In this document: positions 24,626 to 33,681 of the stretch, in pieces | How the letters are laid out: every line of letters starts with the position of its first letter | How positions within the stretch are numbered: position 1 is the first letter of the stretch | Origin: a virus | Lineage: Duplodnaviria > Caudoviricetes | Length of the DNA stretch: 48,058 nucleotides | Reading direction: 5' to 3' (one strand) | Virus record (IMG/VR): IMGVR_UViG_3300049926_000003 | Coordinates: 1 to 48,058 of that record | Made by a program: the position numbers and the translations under genes | Notes under the pieces: generated by a model | What the model saw: only the letters and a program-made list of their open reading frames with translations | Told to the model about the DNA's origin: nothing | Database searches by the model: none

Positions 24626-24781
24626 ATGAAACGCGGAATGAATACCGTCGATGACAAACGCAAGCGAGAGGTCCGTCGACGGAACCACCTAGCCCATGAC
24701 CTCGGGCACACGAAGTATCGACAGAGAGTCAGAGAGTCGAAGAGAAAACAACCGCCGGAGGTAGAAGATTATGATGTCTAG
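24626..24781 (+). CDS. Small basic protein, 51 aa, ArfA-like motif
   Basis: Read manually: RRRNHLAHDLGHTKYRQRVRESKRK; abuts the upstream stop. Confidence 0.6.
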   Translation: MKRGMNTVDDKRKREVRRRNHLAHDLGHTKYRQRVRESKRKQPPEVEDYDV

Positions 24782-25121
24782 AGAAGAGCGGCTAAAAGAA
24801 ATTCCGATGTTCGTCGATGAAGATCGGGTCCAGTATGACGGCAAGGACGGTGAGAGGACGGCGATGTATGCCCAAGCCGTCACGACTAACTGCATCGACG
24901 TCATCACCGCCCTAGGAGGCTATCGCGATGTCCTAGCCGAAGCAGATACCTCGCCAGAGGAAGTATCGGAAGCCCGTCGTAATGTCGTCGAGGCGTGGGC
25001 CAACCTACAAGTCGCGACTAGCGGCGTTGCATGGGGTCTCCGCATTGACGGTGACGACGCCTTCGGCAGAGTCGTAGAGAGCATGAAGAACGACACCCCC
25101 TTGGATATGAGAGGACTATAA
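24771..25121 (+). CDS. Degenerate MazG-like helical protein
   Basis: VEAWANLQV..SG.A..L.ID.DDAF.RV.ES resembles MazG/PRA-PH but lacks key acidic residues. Confidence 0.6.
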   Translation: MMSREERLKEIPMFVDEDRVQYDGKDGERTAMYAQAVTTNCIDVITALGGYRDVLAEADTSPEEVSEARRNVVEAWANLQVATSGVAWGLRIDGDDAFGRVVESMKNDTPLDMRGL

Positions 25122-25261
25122 TGACCATTCTCCGACGCATAAAAAATGCCCCACGCCAACTAGTGACATGGGGCAAGAGCAATCCGCTTGAGGTTATGGA
25201 AGCTGGCGCAGTCTTCTGCGTATCATTCAGCCTTGTCGGGCTTCTTATCCGGTTTGCATAA
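25121..25261 (+). CDS. Possible small membrane protein, 46 aa
   Basis: TAATG coupling and AGGA SD; overlaps the terminator and the 3' end of the convergent gene. Confidence 0.35.
   Translation: MTILRRIKNAPRQLVTWGKSNPLEVMEAGAVFCVSFSLVGLLIRFA
25141..25175 (-). terminator. Intrinsic terminator ending the late (-) arm
   Basis: Minus strand TGCCCCATGTCA/TGGCGTGGGGCA 12-bp stem plus T6, at the convergence point. Confidence 0.85.
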
Positions 25262-25924
25262 GAAGGTCTCGGTGTAGTCGTAAGAATACATCTCCCCTGT
25301 CGGGAGGCCGAATATCCCTGATTGACTGGCGACGACATTCCCGTGGGACTTCCCGTCACGATCAGTTATTGGGCCTCCTGACATACCGGGGACTATGTTA
25401 CCCTTGAGGCGGTGTAGGTGAAGAGCCTCGCCGCCGTCGCTGTAACTGATGTCCATGTATTCCGAGGTCCCCGAGACATTGACTTGCCTGAATAGGTTTT
25501 CCTCTGACCAGTATGGTGAGATGCCATAGGCTGAGTATTCCTGTCCTGCCCTAAATGGCTCACAGGATATCTTGATGTAGGGCATCGTCGGGAGTTTGCC
25601 CGTCATCAGAGCGAGGTCATGGGCCTCGTCCTTCTTGAACATCGTTAGAGGCTCGTTAGTCGTCTTGTCGATACAGCGGATGCCATCGGCTACATGAAGG
25701 TCAGTAAGGACGGTATCCTTGGCAATCAATGAGCCAGAGCCCGTCCAGTAGTGCTGCTTAGTCGCATCTGCGGGGTCGTCGCATCTGATCTCTCTAATAG
25801 CAGAGAGGTTCATTGTCGGAACGACATTCATCAACCCCTGCGCCAATTCGCTAGGGGCGTTGTCTTTGGCAATGGGATGTATAGCAATTAACGCAGCAAG
25901 TAACAGGGCAATATCCACCTTCAT
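25223..25924 (-). CDS. Trypsin-like serine protease with N-terminal signal/TM
   Basis: GSGSLI...VLTDLHV (His), HDLAL (Asp), PGMSGGPI (Ser). Confidence 0.88.
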   Translation of the reverse strand: MKVDIALLLAALIAIHPIAKDNAPSELAQGLMNVVPTMNLSAIREIRCDDPADATKQHYWTGSGSLIAKDTVLTDLHVADGIRCIDKTTNEPLTMFKKDEAHDLALMTGKLPTMPYIKISCEPFRAGQEYSAYGISPYWSEENLFRQVNVSGTSEYMDISYSDGGEALHLHRLKGNIVPGMSGGPITDRDGKSHGNVVASQSGIFGLPTGEMYSYDYTETFLCKPDKKPDKAE

Positions 25925-25928
25925 ACTC

Positions 25929-26573
25929 CTAGCCTATGTTTTCGGGCAACAGTCCTTTAGCGAGCTTACCATTGATCTTGACTAGACACTCAGCCCTAGT
26001 GACTAGTCCGTCCTTGTTTACATCTAGTCCGGCGTTCTGTCGGAAGGCCGTTGGCATCTTGCTTTTATCAAAGAGGACGTAATGGTCTTCCTTACCAACA
26101 GCACCCGGCCATAGGATGACCATATATACGTCACCGAGGTTATCAAGCCGACCGGCGTAACCCTTGAAATACTCATAGACATATTTCAGTTGGTCCTCGG
26201 GGGTCATCTTGGATAGGGCGGCAGTCGTAGTTCCTAGTCCTGCGGCGGTCTTTGGCATGAACTGGATAAGTCCAGTAGCGCCGCTTCCAGCGAGGTTCTT
26301 AGTATCTGATTTAAATGTCTCACCACTCTCCCATGCCATACAGGCCATGAGATAATCAGCTTTAGTTCCAAGAGCATCTGCAATCCAACGAACCCTTTCA
26401 CGAAACACAGGAGAGACCCGTGCACCCCACGCCATCTGATAAGATGCTTGACCTCCTTGGTCGGATTGTTCTGGCGGAGTTACTTCTGGCTGTGACGGTT
26501 GGGCCTGTTGTAGGTCTCGTTTTGCTTGTTCGAGCCACTGGATGGCTGCATTAATCGAGTCTAGAAGGGCCAT
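25929..26573 (-). CDS. Endolysin, lysozyme-like / lytic transglycosylase
   Basis: MAWESG (catalytic Glu), ATGLIQFMP, QNAGLD.NKDG. Confidence 0.88.
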   Translation of the reverse strand: MALLDSINAAIQWLEQAKRDLQQAQPSQPEVTPPEQSDQGGQASYQMAWGARVSPVFRERVRWIADALGTKADYLMACMAWESGETFKSDTKNLAGSGATGLIQFMPKTAAGLGTTTAALSKMTPEDQLKYVYEYFKGYAGRLDNLGDVYMVILWPGAVGKEDHYVLFDKSKMPTAFRQNAGLDVNKDGLVTRAECLVKINGKLAKGLLPENIG

Positions 26574-27064
26574 GTCACCCCCAGTATCTTTTTCTTAGGC
26601 GGGAAGACTGGGGCAGGAGCGGCAATGGGATCGTTGCCCGCAAAGGGGCTACTATCCGGAACGCCCTTATACTTCTCGTAAGTCCGCAGACCACCGAAGC
26701 CTAGCATTCCCATGACGAGGGTCATCAATTGACCGTTGTCTAGGACAGGGAAGGAACCTCCGTAGTGGAACATCACACGAGCGACCCACGACATCATCGG
26801 CTCGACGACAAACGAATACCCCACGCCTATAGCCCCGATCCAGCCTACGGCGGGACGCCAACCAGCAACGAACATATTCGAGCTCTTTGCCTCTTCGGTA
26901 TTAGTGCCGATTTGGCCCATCATTTCATCATGAGCTCGTTGATTTTCGGCATCCGCTAACTGGGCGAGCTCAAGTTGTAGCTGAGCCTTGGCAGCAGGGT
27001 CGGGGATTACCCTGTCGATGATCTTACCGATGACATCGATAATAGGGATTAGGGGGAGGGCCAT
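26561..27064 (-). CDS. Holin, GTA 3TM-type
   Basis: IIDRVIPDP, EA.S...FVAGWRPAVGW, MLGFGGLRTYEK. Confidence 0.88.
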   Translation of the reverse strand: MALPLIPIIDVIGKIIDRVIPDPAAKAQLQLELAQLADAENQRAHDEMMGQIGTNTEEAKSSNMFVAGWRPAVGWIGAIGVGYSFVVEPMMSWVARVMFHYGGSFPVLDNGQLMTLVMGMLGFGGLRTYEKYKGVPDSSPFAGNDPIAAPAPVFPPKKKILGVTWPF

Positions 27065-27065
27065 A

Positions 27066-27272
27066 TTACTTTCCTGTGAACCAATGGGTCAGTTGCAAGA
27101 AGAAGCCGACGATGCCGGTTCCTACTAGTGCGGAAGCCAGCCAAAACGCCCCTGCGCCCTTATAGCGAAGAGCTATTAGGTCATCGAGCTTGCGATCGAT
27201 GTCCTTCAGATGGACTTCAAGGGCGTTGACTTTCTCTTCCACGCGAGCTACTCTCTCTGCTTGAGTCGTCAT
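27066..27272 (-). CDS. Small coiled-coil + TM protein (XhlA/holin-like)
   Basis: ERVARVEE coiled coil, C-terminal TM; adjacent to the holin. Confidence 0.7.
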   Translation of the reverse strand: MTTQAERVARVEEKVNALEVHLKDIDRKLDDLIALRYKGAGAFWLASALVGTGIVGFFLQLTHWFTGK

Positions 27273-30200
27273 TAGTCGTTTAACCAGTCATTCTTATGGC
27301 TGGATTTTTTTTGTCCATCATCGAGAAAACCCTTCTCTTTGCTAGGGGCGTCGTCTAGGAAGTTCTTGGGCTTCTTCGACTTAGTAGTAGAAGGCCGAGG
27401 CTTGTAAGTCTGGACACCGACGCCGAACATCGCAGGGATACCAGCGAGGAGCCCCTTCGAGCCGTATTCATTGAAGGCGTCGATGGTGTCTTGCACAGCC
27501 AGAGGGATGAAGTTCTTGCTTAGCTGCGACGACACCGTAATAGGAGCCCCCTGCTGGTCCTTGCCACGGAGGAGATCGGTGACGAAGGCCATGACAGGCG
27601 ACTGCTTATTAGCGAGGAAACGCTCTGCGACATCTAGACGGGTAGTCGGCTTGAAGCCGTCACCACCGAGTTCCTTGATCTCGCCGGTCTTGGTGCTCTT
27701 GGTCTCATTGGTAATGAGCTGAGCCCCGAGACGGATATACTGCTGGAAGCCACCGAGGATGTCGAAACGAGTGTCACCAATTTTGATCTTGGCGAAGTCA
27801 GTCGAACGAGGGTCATCTTCGACCTCGGCACCACCGGCCTTGGCGAGACCAAGAACAGTCAACGCCATCCCCGAGAAGGTAAGGAGAGACTTTATAGCCT
27901 CTTTCCGGACAACCGGGCTTAGCTTCATGTAGAAGACCGGATTTAGCATTTGGATACGCGAAGCCATGAGCCTCGGCGAGAAGAGGACCGAGGTCAGCAG
28001 GGGAGCCGCCTGATTGAGCTTACCTAGGCTACCACGACCAGTCGCGGCGTTGATGAAGCGAGCGATATCCTTGAGGGCCTTCGGGTCGTCACCGAAGTCG
28101 ACACCGGCCTTGCGGGACTCTTTGACGAGGCTGTCGAAGACATCGGCACGGAGCTTGTTGAGAAAGCCCGTATAAGCCTGATTGGACATCTTGATGCCCT
28201 TGCCTACAAGTGGGATGCCCTCGGCGTATTCCGACATAAAGGCTTCTTCACGGTGCTCAAGAAACTGATCGGCACCCGTCAACTCCAAGCCAGCACGACG
28301 CATTAGCTTGTAAGTAGGACGGCTGCGGATTTCATCTTGAACGGCATCGAATGCCTTCTTGCTGCCGAACTGCTTGAACATCGTCGCAAAGGCAGAGTAG
28401 AACTCTTTCCGTCCGACAAGGAAGACTCCCTGACGAAGCGGGGCCGAAAGGTCATACGAAGCCATGATTGAGCGAGGGATGTTTACCGTGTTGATAAACC
28501 CCTTCCACATGCGCTCGGTCAGGGGACGCTGAGACAGAAGCTTGTCGATGATGTCCTTCGGCAAGACAGAAGACAGCAGAGACAGCTCGCCCTTCGTCGG
28601 AACTTGCCCACCTTCAGAACCCAATATCTTCATCAGACCGGCTCTGGCGGTGATCTTATCATATAATGATAGATGCGGATGGGTCTTGACGAGATCGAAT
28701 AGGGAGTCTATATCATCTTGGGTGAAGTGAGGACGGAGGCTCTCGTAGTCGACGTTGGGGAAGTTCCCCTTGAGCTGCGACAACTCGGCATGGAAGCCGC
28801 TCTCACCCGAAGTCTTAGCCGCCATACGGGCAACTGCCGCGAGACGGTCACGACGAGCCTGTGCATTGACACGGGCCTTCTGCTGACGGACTGGCTTAGC
28901 CATAGTTAGGGCATCGCGGAGCTTCTCGATAGCCGGGTGCCCGTCATTGGGGTGAGGTTCGTCGTCACCTATGGATGCAGCCCCCTTCTCGTCGTCGAGG
29001 AGGGTCTTGATATGGTCGAGGATAGTCTTAGAGGGTTTGGCTTCAGCTTTGAAGTCGTTGACTGGGGTTGTAGCGACAGAGCCCTTACCGAGAACCTTAC
29101 TGGCACCGTCGCCCTTGGAACCGGGATTGCCTCCGGCATGAGCCACGATATCGTCCCAGACCTTCAGAGTATCCTTGGCGATGTCGTGACCAAGAGCAGG
29201 AAGCGAGCTCCTGTTCATCCGATCGACGATATCGACCCATTCCTGACGTGAGTCCTTGAGCTCTTCGAGCGTCATCGGAGACTGGCCGTCTTTGACGGCA
29301 TCTAGGATACGGCGGCCCATCCAGTAACGGCCTTCCATATCCTTCTTATAGGCGGCATCCTTGGCATCGAGATGGGCAGCTCTTTTCTCATTGGCTTTTT
29401 CGCTGAATATGGAGACATTTTCAGGGATGTCTTCATTCTTCATGCCATAGGCAGTCTCTAGATTGTGTTTGTATTTATCGAATACTTCGGAAGACTCTCG
29501 GTTAATACCGAGGTTCTCAATATTACTGCCTCCTGCTCTGTCTAAGGCTTCTCCTACATGTCGCTGGTATTCATCATCAGTCATGAGATCATTTTCATGG
29601 AGGTTCTTTGCCTCGGCATGAATAGGATCGGCATCAAATCGTGTTTTAATAGCGGCTATCTCTGCATCTGGTATGTCCGTATCATCAGCCTGATGCAGAA
29701 TGGCTTCTTCTTCGGGAGCAAGTCCCGCTGCCTTAGGGTCATTGAGAACACGGGCGAGGACCTCCGGAGCCATAGGAGATACCGAGTCGCCGCCTGCGCT
29801 TTCAGCCGCCTGAGCGATGCCCATATGCCCTAGACCATGCTCGACATACTTCTGGCTCTCGTCAGGCATATGGCTAAGCCAGTTATCACCAAACTCTTTG
29901 ACTAACTTGTCTACACGACCCGGCCCGCCGTTATAGGCGGCTAGGACTTTCTCTTTGTCACCACGATATTTGTCATTGAGGACAGCGAGATACTGACGAC
30001 CGACACGAGCACGGTCGGCCTCGGTCTTACCGTCCCACGGACGGATGCCAAAACCCGGATCACGAGCGGTGTCAGGCATGACTTGCATCGGCCCACGAGC
30101 CCCCTTGGGGCTAGTTGCGGGATGATCGAGAGACCCCCCGCCTTCTAGATGAAGGACGGTATCCGATAGAGAAGCAAACTCGGGGTCGGCGGCACCGCGC

Positions 30201-30805
30201 CCGATCTTGCGACCAAGCCGGTAGTGTCCGACACCCTCGCCAAGACCCTGTAGGACAAGACCACCGACACCAGCGATGCCAGTCTCATAGGGATCGTATT
30301 TGTCACGGGTTCCGCGATGAAGTTCGACGCCTTGTGAAGCGGCGTCTTCTACGGCATTTATCCCGCCTTGGGCTGCAATGCGGGTTCCGACACTCTCGCC
30401 GGGAGCAAAGACATAGGTAGGATCGACACCACCGATGATATTAGCCCCGACATCCATGAGAGTCTCTAGGGCACGGCCCTGAAGGCCCGGAAGATGGGTA
30501 TCATTCTGGGAATTCGAGGCGTCTTGTTCAAAACGCTGTCTCTCGTAGTCATTTAGATTTTTGGAGTTGATACGAGGATCGACGCCCGGCAGAGAAATTC
30601 CAGTGCCGTCGCGAAGTGCTATGAGGCCACGGATAGCCGCTTCCCCGCCGAAGGGATTATGTAGTGCAGACGAAGTTAGGTTGTCCTTAAACCTCTGCCA
30701 AGTCGAGCGGGGCTTGCCGTGATACTCTATAGGGCGCAAAGGGGCCTTAGGAGCATCATCGAGCCATCCACTGGCATCGGGTCCGTCATCAAGCCAATCG
30801 GCCAT
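27272..30805 (-). CDS. Large internal virion (ejection) protein with SLT lytic transglycosylase domain
   Basis: LEGGG...SPKGARGPMQVMP.TA...LAAYNGGPG; start coupled at 30805. Confidence 0.85.
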   Translation of the reverse strand: MADWLDDGPDASGWLDDAPKAPLRPIEYHGKPRSTWQRFKDNLTSSALHNPFGGEAAIRGLIALRDGTGISLPGVDPRINSKNLNDYERQRFEQDASNSQNDTHLPGLQGRALETLMDVGANIIGGVDPTYVFAPGESVGTRIAAQGGINAVEDAASQGVELHRGTRDKYDPYETGIAGVGGLVLQGLGEGVGHYRLGRKIGRGAADPEFASLSDTVLHLEGGGSLDHPATSPKGARGPMQVMPDTARDPGFGIRPWDGKTEADRARVGRQYLAVLNDKYRGDKEKVLAAYNGGPGRVDKLVKEFGDNWLSHMPDESQKYVEHGLGHMGIAQAAESAGGDSVSPMAPEVLARVLNDPKAAGLAPEEEAILHQADDTDIPDAEIAAIKTRFDADPIHAEAKNLHENDLMTDDEYQRHVGEALDRAGGSNIENLGINRESSEVFDKYKHNLETAYGMKNEDIPENVSIFSEKANEKRAAHLDAKDAAYKKDMEGRYWMGRRILDAVKDGQSPMTLEELKDSRQEWVDIVDRMNRSSLPALGHDIAKDTLKVWDDIVAHAGGNPGSKGDGASKVLGKGSVATTPVNDFKAEAKPSKTILDHIKTLLDDEKGAASIGDDEPHPNDGHPAIEKLRDALTMAKPVRQQKARVNAQARRDRLAAVARMAAKTSGESGFHAELSQLKGNFPNVDYESLRPHFTQDDIDSLFDLVKTHPHLSLYDKITARAGLMKILGSEGGQVPTKGELSLLSSVLPKDIIDKLLSQRPLTERMWKGFINTVNIPRSIMASYDLSAPLRQGVFLVGRKEFYSAFATMFKQFGSKKAFDAVQDEIRSRPTYKLMRRAGLELTGADQFLEHREEAFMSEYAEGIPLVGKGIKMSNQAYTGFLNKLRADVFDSLVKESRKAGVDFGDDPKALKDIARFINAATGRGSLGKLNQAAPLLTSVLFSPRLMASRIQMLNPVFYMKLSPVVRKEAIKSLLTFSGMALTVLGLAKAGGAEVEDDPRSTDFAKIKIGDTRFDILGGFQQYIRLGAQLITNETKSTKTGEIKELGGDGFKPTTRLDVAERFLANKQSPVMAFVTDLLRGKDQQGAPITVSSQLSKNFIPLAVQDTIDAFNEYGSKGLLAGIPAMFGVGVQTYKPRPSTTKSKKPKNFLDDAPSKEKGFLDDGQKKSSHKNDWLND

Positions 30806-31803
30806 TAAGGGACTTTCCTCCATTGGCTTTTGCCATTAGCCGACGAGACCTTCTCCCACTTCTGATCACCGATCATTCCACGGTTGCCAGTAGTGCTGAG
30901 AGTCATCGGCCCGTTGGGCGTCTGAATTACACGGGGCTTCGGATGGGCGGCGTCGAAGCGGGCATTGCGTCCAGCCTCTAGACGGGCCGCTCGGGTATTA
31001 CGATCACCTTCTGCAACCGCCATTTGCCCTAGACGGGCATCGCGGTAATCCTTCGTGTTATGGATTGTCTGATCTATCTGATTTAGACGACGGTCGCGGT
31101 AGTCGGCAGTCGCCTCGATCTTCAACTGATCCTCAGGGTCGACGTTCTTGTTGACATAGACATTGAGAGCATCGGGATCGTAGTTATCCGGAAGATCGTC
31201 TGGGAGACCATACTTAGCGGCATAAGCCTTGAGCTGCGGGAGCATCCGGGAGTATTGGTCGGCGGGGTTCTTGCTCGACTGAATGGCACCAAGCCAGCCA
31301 CCAAGACGGGTCTGATACTTCAGGGAGGCGAGGTCATCGCCACGGGCCATAATCTTGTCGGCCCGTTCATTGTCAGCTAGCTGGTTATAGGCCGAGAGGC
31401 CTTCTGCCTGATGTCCCGGGATCATCATCAGCCGCTTCAGAGCGGCACGGGGATCGGAACCGTAATCTGCAAGAGCCTCGGTGACATTCTTCTGATCACG
31501 CGCCGTAGAGAAGACGGGCTTCATTCCGTGACTCATGAGATAGCCGTCTACCATTCCACCAAGGAAGGTCGGCTTCTTAGGGTGCCAAGCATCTCCCGTG
31601 ACGGTAATGGCGTCCTCAGGAGGAGCCGCAACAGGGGCATTGCCGATAATTGCGGCGTTACCCTCTGGCGTAGGAGCGGCAGCAGGAACAGCGGCAGAAA
31701 GCAAGGCGCTGATAGGATTGGCAGGAGCGGAGGCAACCGCAGCCTGTGGATTAACAGCTACCTTCGGCTTAGCCAGTCCCAATGCTTGAGCGATATCACC
31801 CAT
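30805..31803 (-). CDS. Internal virion / ejection protein
   Basis: Position in the ejection trio; Ala/Gln-rich helical. Confidence 0.65.
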   Translation of the reverse strand: MGDIAQALGLAKPKVAVNPQAAVASAPANPISALLSAAVPAAAPTPEGNAAIIGNAPVAAPPEDAITVTGDAWHPKKPTFLGGMVDGYLMSHGMKPVFSTARDQKNVTEALADYGSDPRAALKRLMMIPGHQAEGLSAYNQLADNERADKIMARGDDLASLKYQTRLGGWLGAIQSSKNPADQYSRMLPQLKAYAAKYGLPDDLPDNYDPDALNVYVNKNVDPEDQLKIEATADYRDRRLNQIDQTIHNTKDYRDARLGQMAVAEGDRNTRAARLEAGRNARFDAAHPKPRVIQTPNGPMTLSTTGNRGMIGDQKWEKVSSANGKSQWRKVP

Positions 31804-32708
31804 TATAGCTTTCCAATCTTGTCGTAGCGGACGCCGTTGTAACCGCGATAGAATGACGGGATGAACGCCTCCGGCTTAATCGTCTTGACTTCATGAGCCA
31901 TAGGACCAATCTGTCGGCCTTCCGGCAGGCCCATGTCAGGGATGTAGTCGAAGGCATACAGCGGGATGCCCTCGTCGGTCTTACCGATAGCGATGATGTT
32001 CTGCTTGAGACGGATATCTGAAGCCATCGCAGCACCCTGAGCGGCAGCGGCGGCGATCTGGGGTAGAGCCCCTTCCTTACCACCCGATGACGTTCCGGTG
32101 TTAGTTCCCTTGCTCCAACCACCGGCAGAGGTCATGGCGCTAGCCCCGCCAAGGCCGAGTTTCGAGTAGTCTAGGAGACGATCGATATACTGGTTGAGAT
32201 AGGTGCTACCTAGCTTAGTTCCGAAGTCTATGAGTTTAGTTCCCGTGGCACCCGACTGAAGCATCCCTCGTCCGGCCTGAGACCCTTCAAGAGCCTTAAT
32301 GCCCTGCTCCCTCATGAAGTCCATGCCGGTCGAGTTGGCAAAGGCATCCAACGCCGACTGTTGCGTCTGAGGAGCAGCAACGGCAGGAATACCCTGATCT
32401 GTCGGAGCGGCATCCTCGACATGCTGTGCCTGACCCGAGCCTAGACCCGCAAGGGCACCGGGCTTAGAAGTAGCACCAGCAGCGGGATTGGCGTTACCAA
32501 TCGCTATTGCATTATCAGTCGTGCTTCCCGCAGCAGGCGGAGAAATGCCAAGCAAAGAACCTAGCATATTACCACCGGCAGCGGTGTAACCCAAGGTCGG
32601 CGACATAGCCGCACTGACATCACCATAGGCACTGTTCCCCGAGGACGAGGTTCCTGTGCTTTTGGATTTCGAGGGCTTCCCGAATAGGAAATCGCCTACG
32701 CCGCCCAT
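31803..32708 (-). CDS. DNA transfer (pilot) protein with C-terminal peptidase S74-like chaperone domain
   Basis: Gly/Ala/Ser-rich, RGMLQSGAT, SDIRLKQNI...G.MA.EV...V.Y. Confidence 0.75.
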   Translation of the reverse strand: MGGVGDFLFGKPSKSKSTGTSSSGNSAYGDVSAAMSPTLGYTAAGGNMLGSLLGISPPAAGSTTDNAIAIGNANPAAGATSKPGALAGLGSGQAQHVEDAAPTDQGIPAVAAPQTQQSALDAFANSTGMDFMREQGIKALEGSQAGRGMLQSGATGTKLIDFGTKLGSTYLNQYIDRLLDYSKLGLGGASAMTSAGGWSKGTNTGTSSGGKEGALPQIAAAAAQGAAMASDIRLKQNIIAIGKTDEGIPLYAFDYIPDMGLPEGRQIGPMAHEVKTIKPEAFIPSFYRGYNGVRYDKIGKL

Positions 32709-33121
32709 TATTCTTTTCCTTTGTAAAAGTCTTCTCTAGTAGTGCAGAATAGTTCACAGGGACCCGAAGCGAAGTCCATGATACCGTAGGAAGTCAACCC
32801 TAACTGACGACAGGCCCAACGGGCTCCTCTCAACTCGACCTTAGTCAGACCACGAACGGCCTTGGCGTTAGTATCATGGAAGAGGGCGTCTAACATGCTA
32901 TGGGCTAGATCAATGGCCTTACGTCCTCGATGGGCTCCTGTGAAAAACCAATGGACGCTGTAGAGGCCGGGATACTCATAGGTCGCCAGACCAATGCTAT
33001 CTCCCTCGGCATACATGTAGTTTTTATGGTCTGCCAGCCAAGGTTCGATGACTTCATCTGAGACGAATGAGAAATCCTCAGTCGCTTCACGAAGTAGTTT
33101 AGGGTCGAATGAACGTTCCAT
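32708..33121 (-). CDS. GNAT-like virion assembly protein (P22 gp14 / T7 gp13 position)
   Basis: VH.FF....RG..A, R.LG...YG; synteny. Confidence 0.65.
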   Translation of the reverse strand: MERSFDPKLLREATEDFSFVSDEVIEPWLADHKNYMYAEGDSIGLATYEYPGLYSVHWFFTGAHRGRKAIDLAHSMLDALFHDTNAKAVRGLTKVELRGARWACRQLGLTSYGIMDFASGPCELFCTTREDFYKGKE

Positions 33122-33681
33122 TAGGGTAGGATACTCCCGTTGCCTATTGGTGTCGCGCCTGTTCCCGTCGTCGGACCGGCTCCATCTGCCGGGGTAGTGA
33201 TCTTACCGACGAAGTGTCGGCCATTCGCCGTGCCTACTTGACCGTTCAGCGGAGTAGGTGTGGCGTAGTAGGTAGGTGTTCCGTTGACTAGCGTCTCGTC
33301 GTCGTAGTAGACGTAATAAGTCGTAGAGAAAGCTGCTCCTGTGACAGTCCCGCCTGTGATGGTGACATCTGAAATATCAGAAGGGCCATTGACGGGGTAA
33401 ACGCGAGTGTGGTTGGCAATGGTAATAGTCGCAGTAGTTCCTACATCGGCGGCAGTCAGGACGACCGTCGGGTTGGTATAGGAGGTCAATCTAGCGGCTT
33501 CTTTGATACCAGCCTCTAAGGCGTTTTGAGTAGCTTGAATAGAGGCGATGTTGTCGTTGATGGTATTGAGATTGTCTTCTAGCTTTGAAATGAACTCATT
33601 CATCCATTGATGAAAGGTCAGCGTAGGAAGACCATTCTCGATGATCTTGACATCTCTACGAAGTCTAGGAAGATGGATCAT
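33121..33681 (-). CDS. Tail needle/tip-like protein
   Basis: Coiled coil followed by Thr-rich beta domain; after the gp10-like gene. Confidence 0.5.
   Translation of the reverse strand: MIHLPRLRRDVKIIENGLPTLTFHQWMNEFISKLEDNLNTINDNIASIQATQNALEAGIKEAARLTSYTNPTVVLTAADVGTTATITIANHTRVYPVNGPSDISDVTITGGTVTGAAFSTTYYVYYDDETLVNGTPTYYATPTPLNGQVGTANGRHFVGKITTPADGAGPTTGTGATPIGNGSILP

Noticed and set aside
23798-25121. 2-aminoadenine (Z) or 7-deazaguanine DNA pathway
   Set aside because: No PurZ, HD-domain DatZ, DpdA or Que/FolE genes recognisable; restriction-site avoidance also argues against it.
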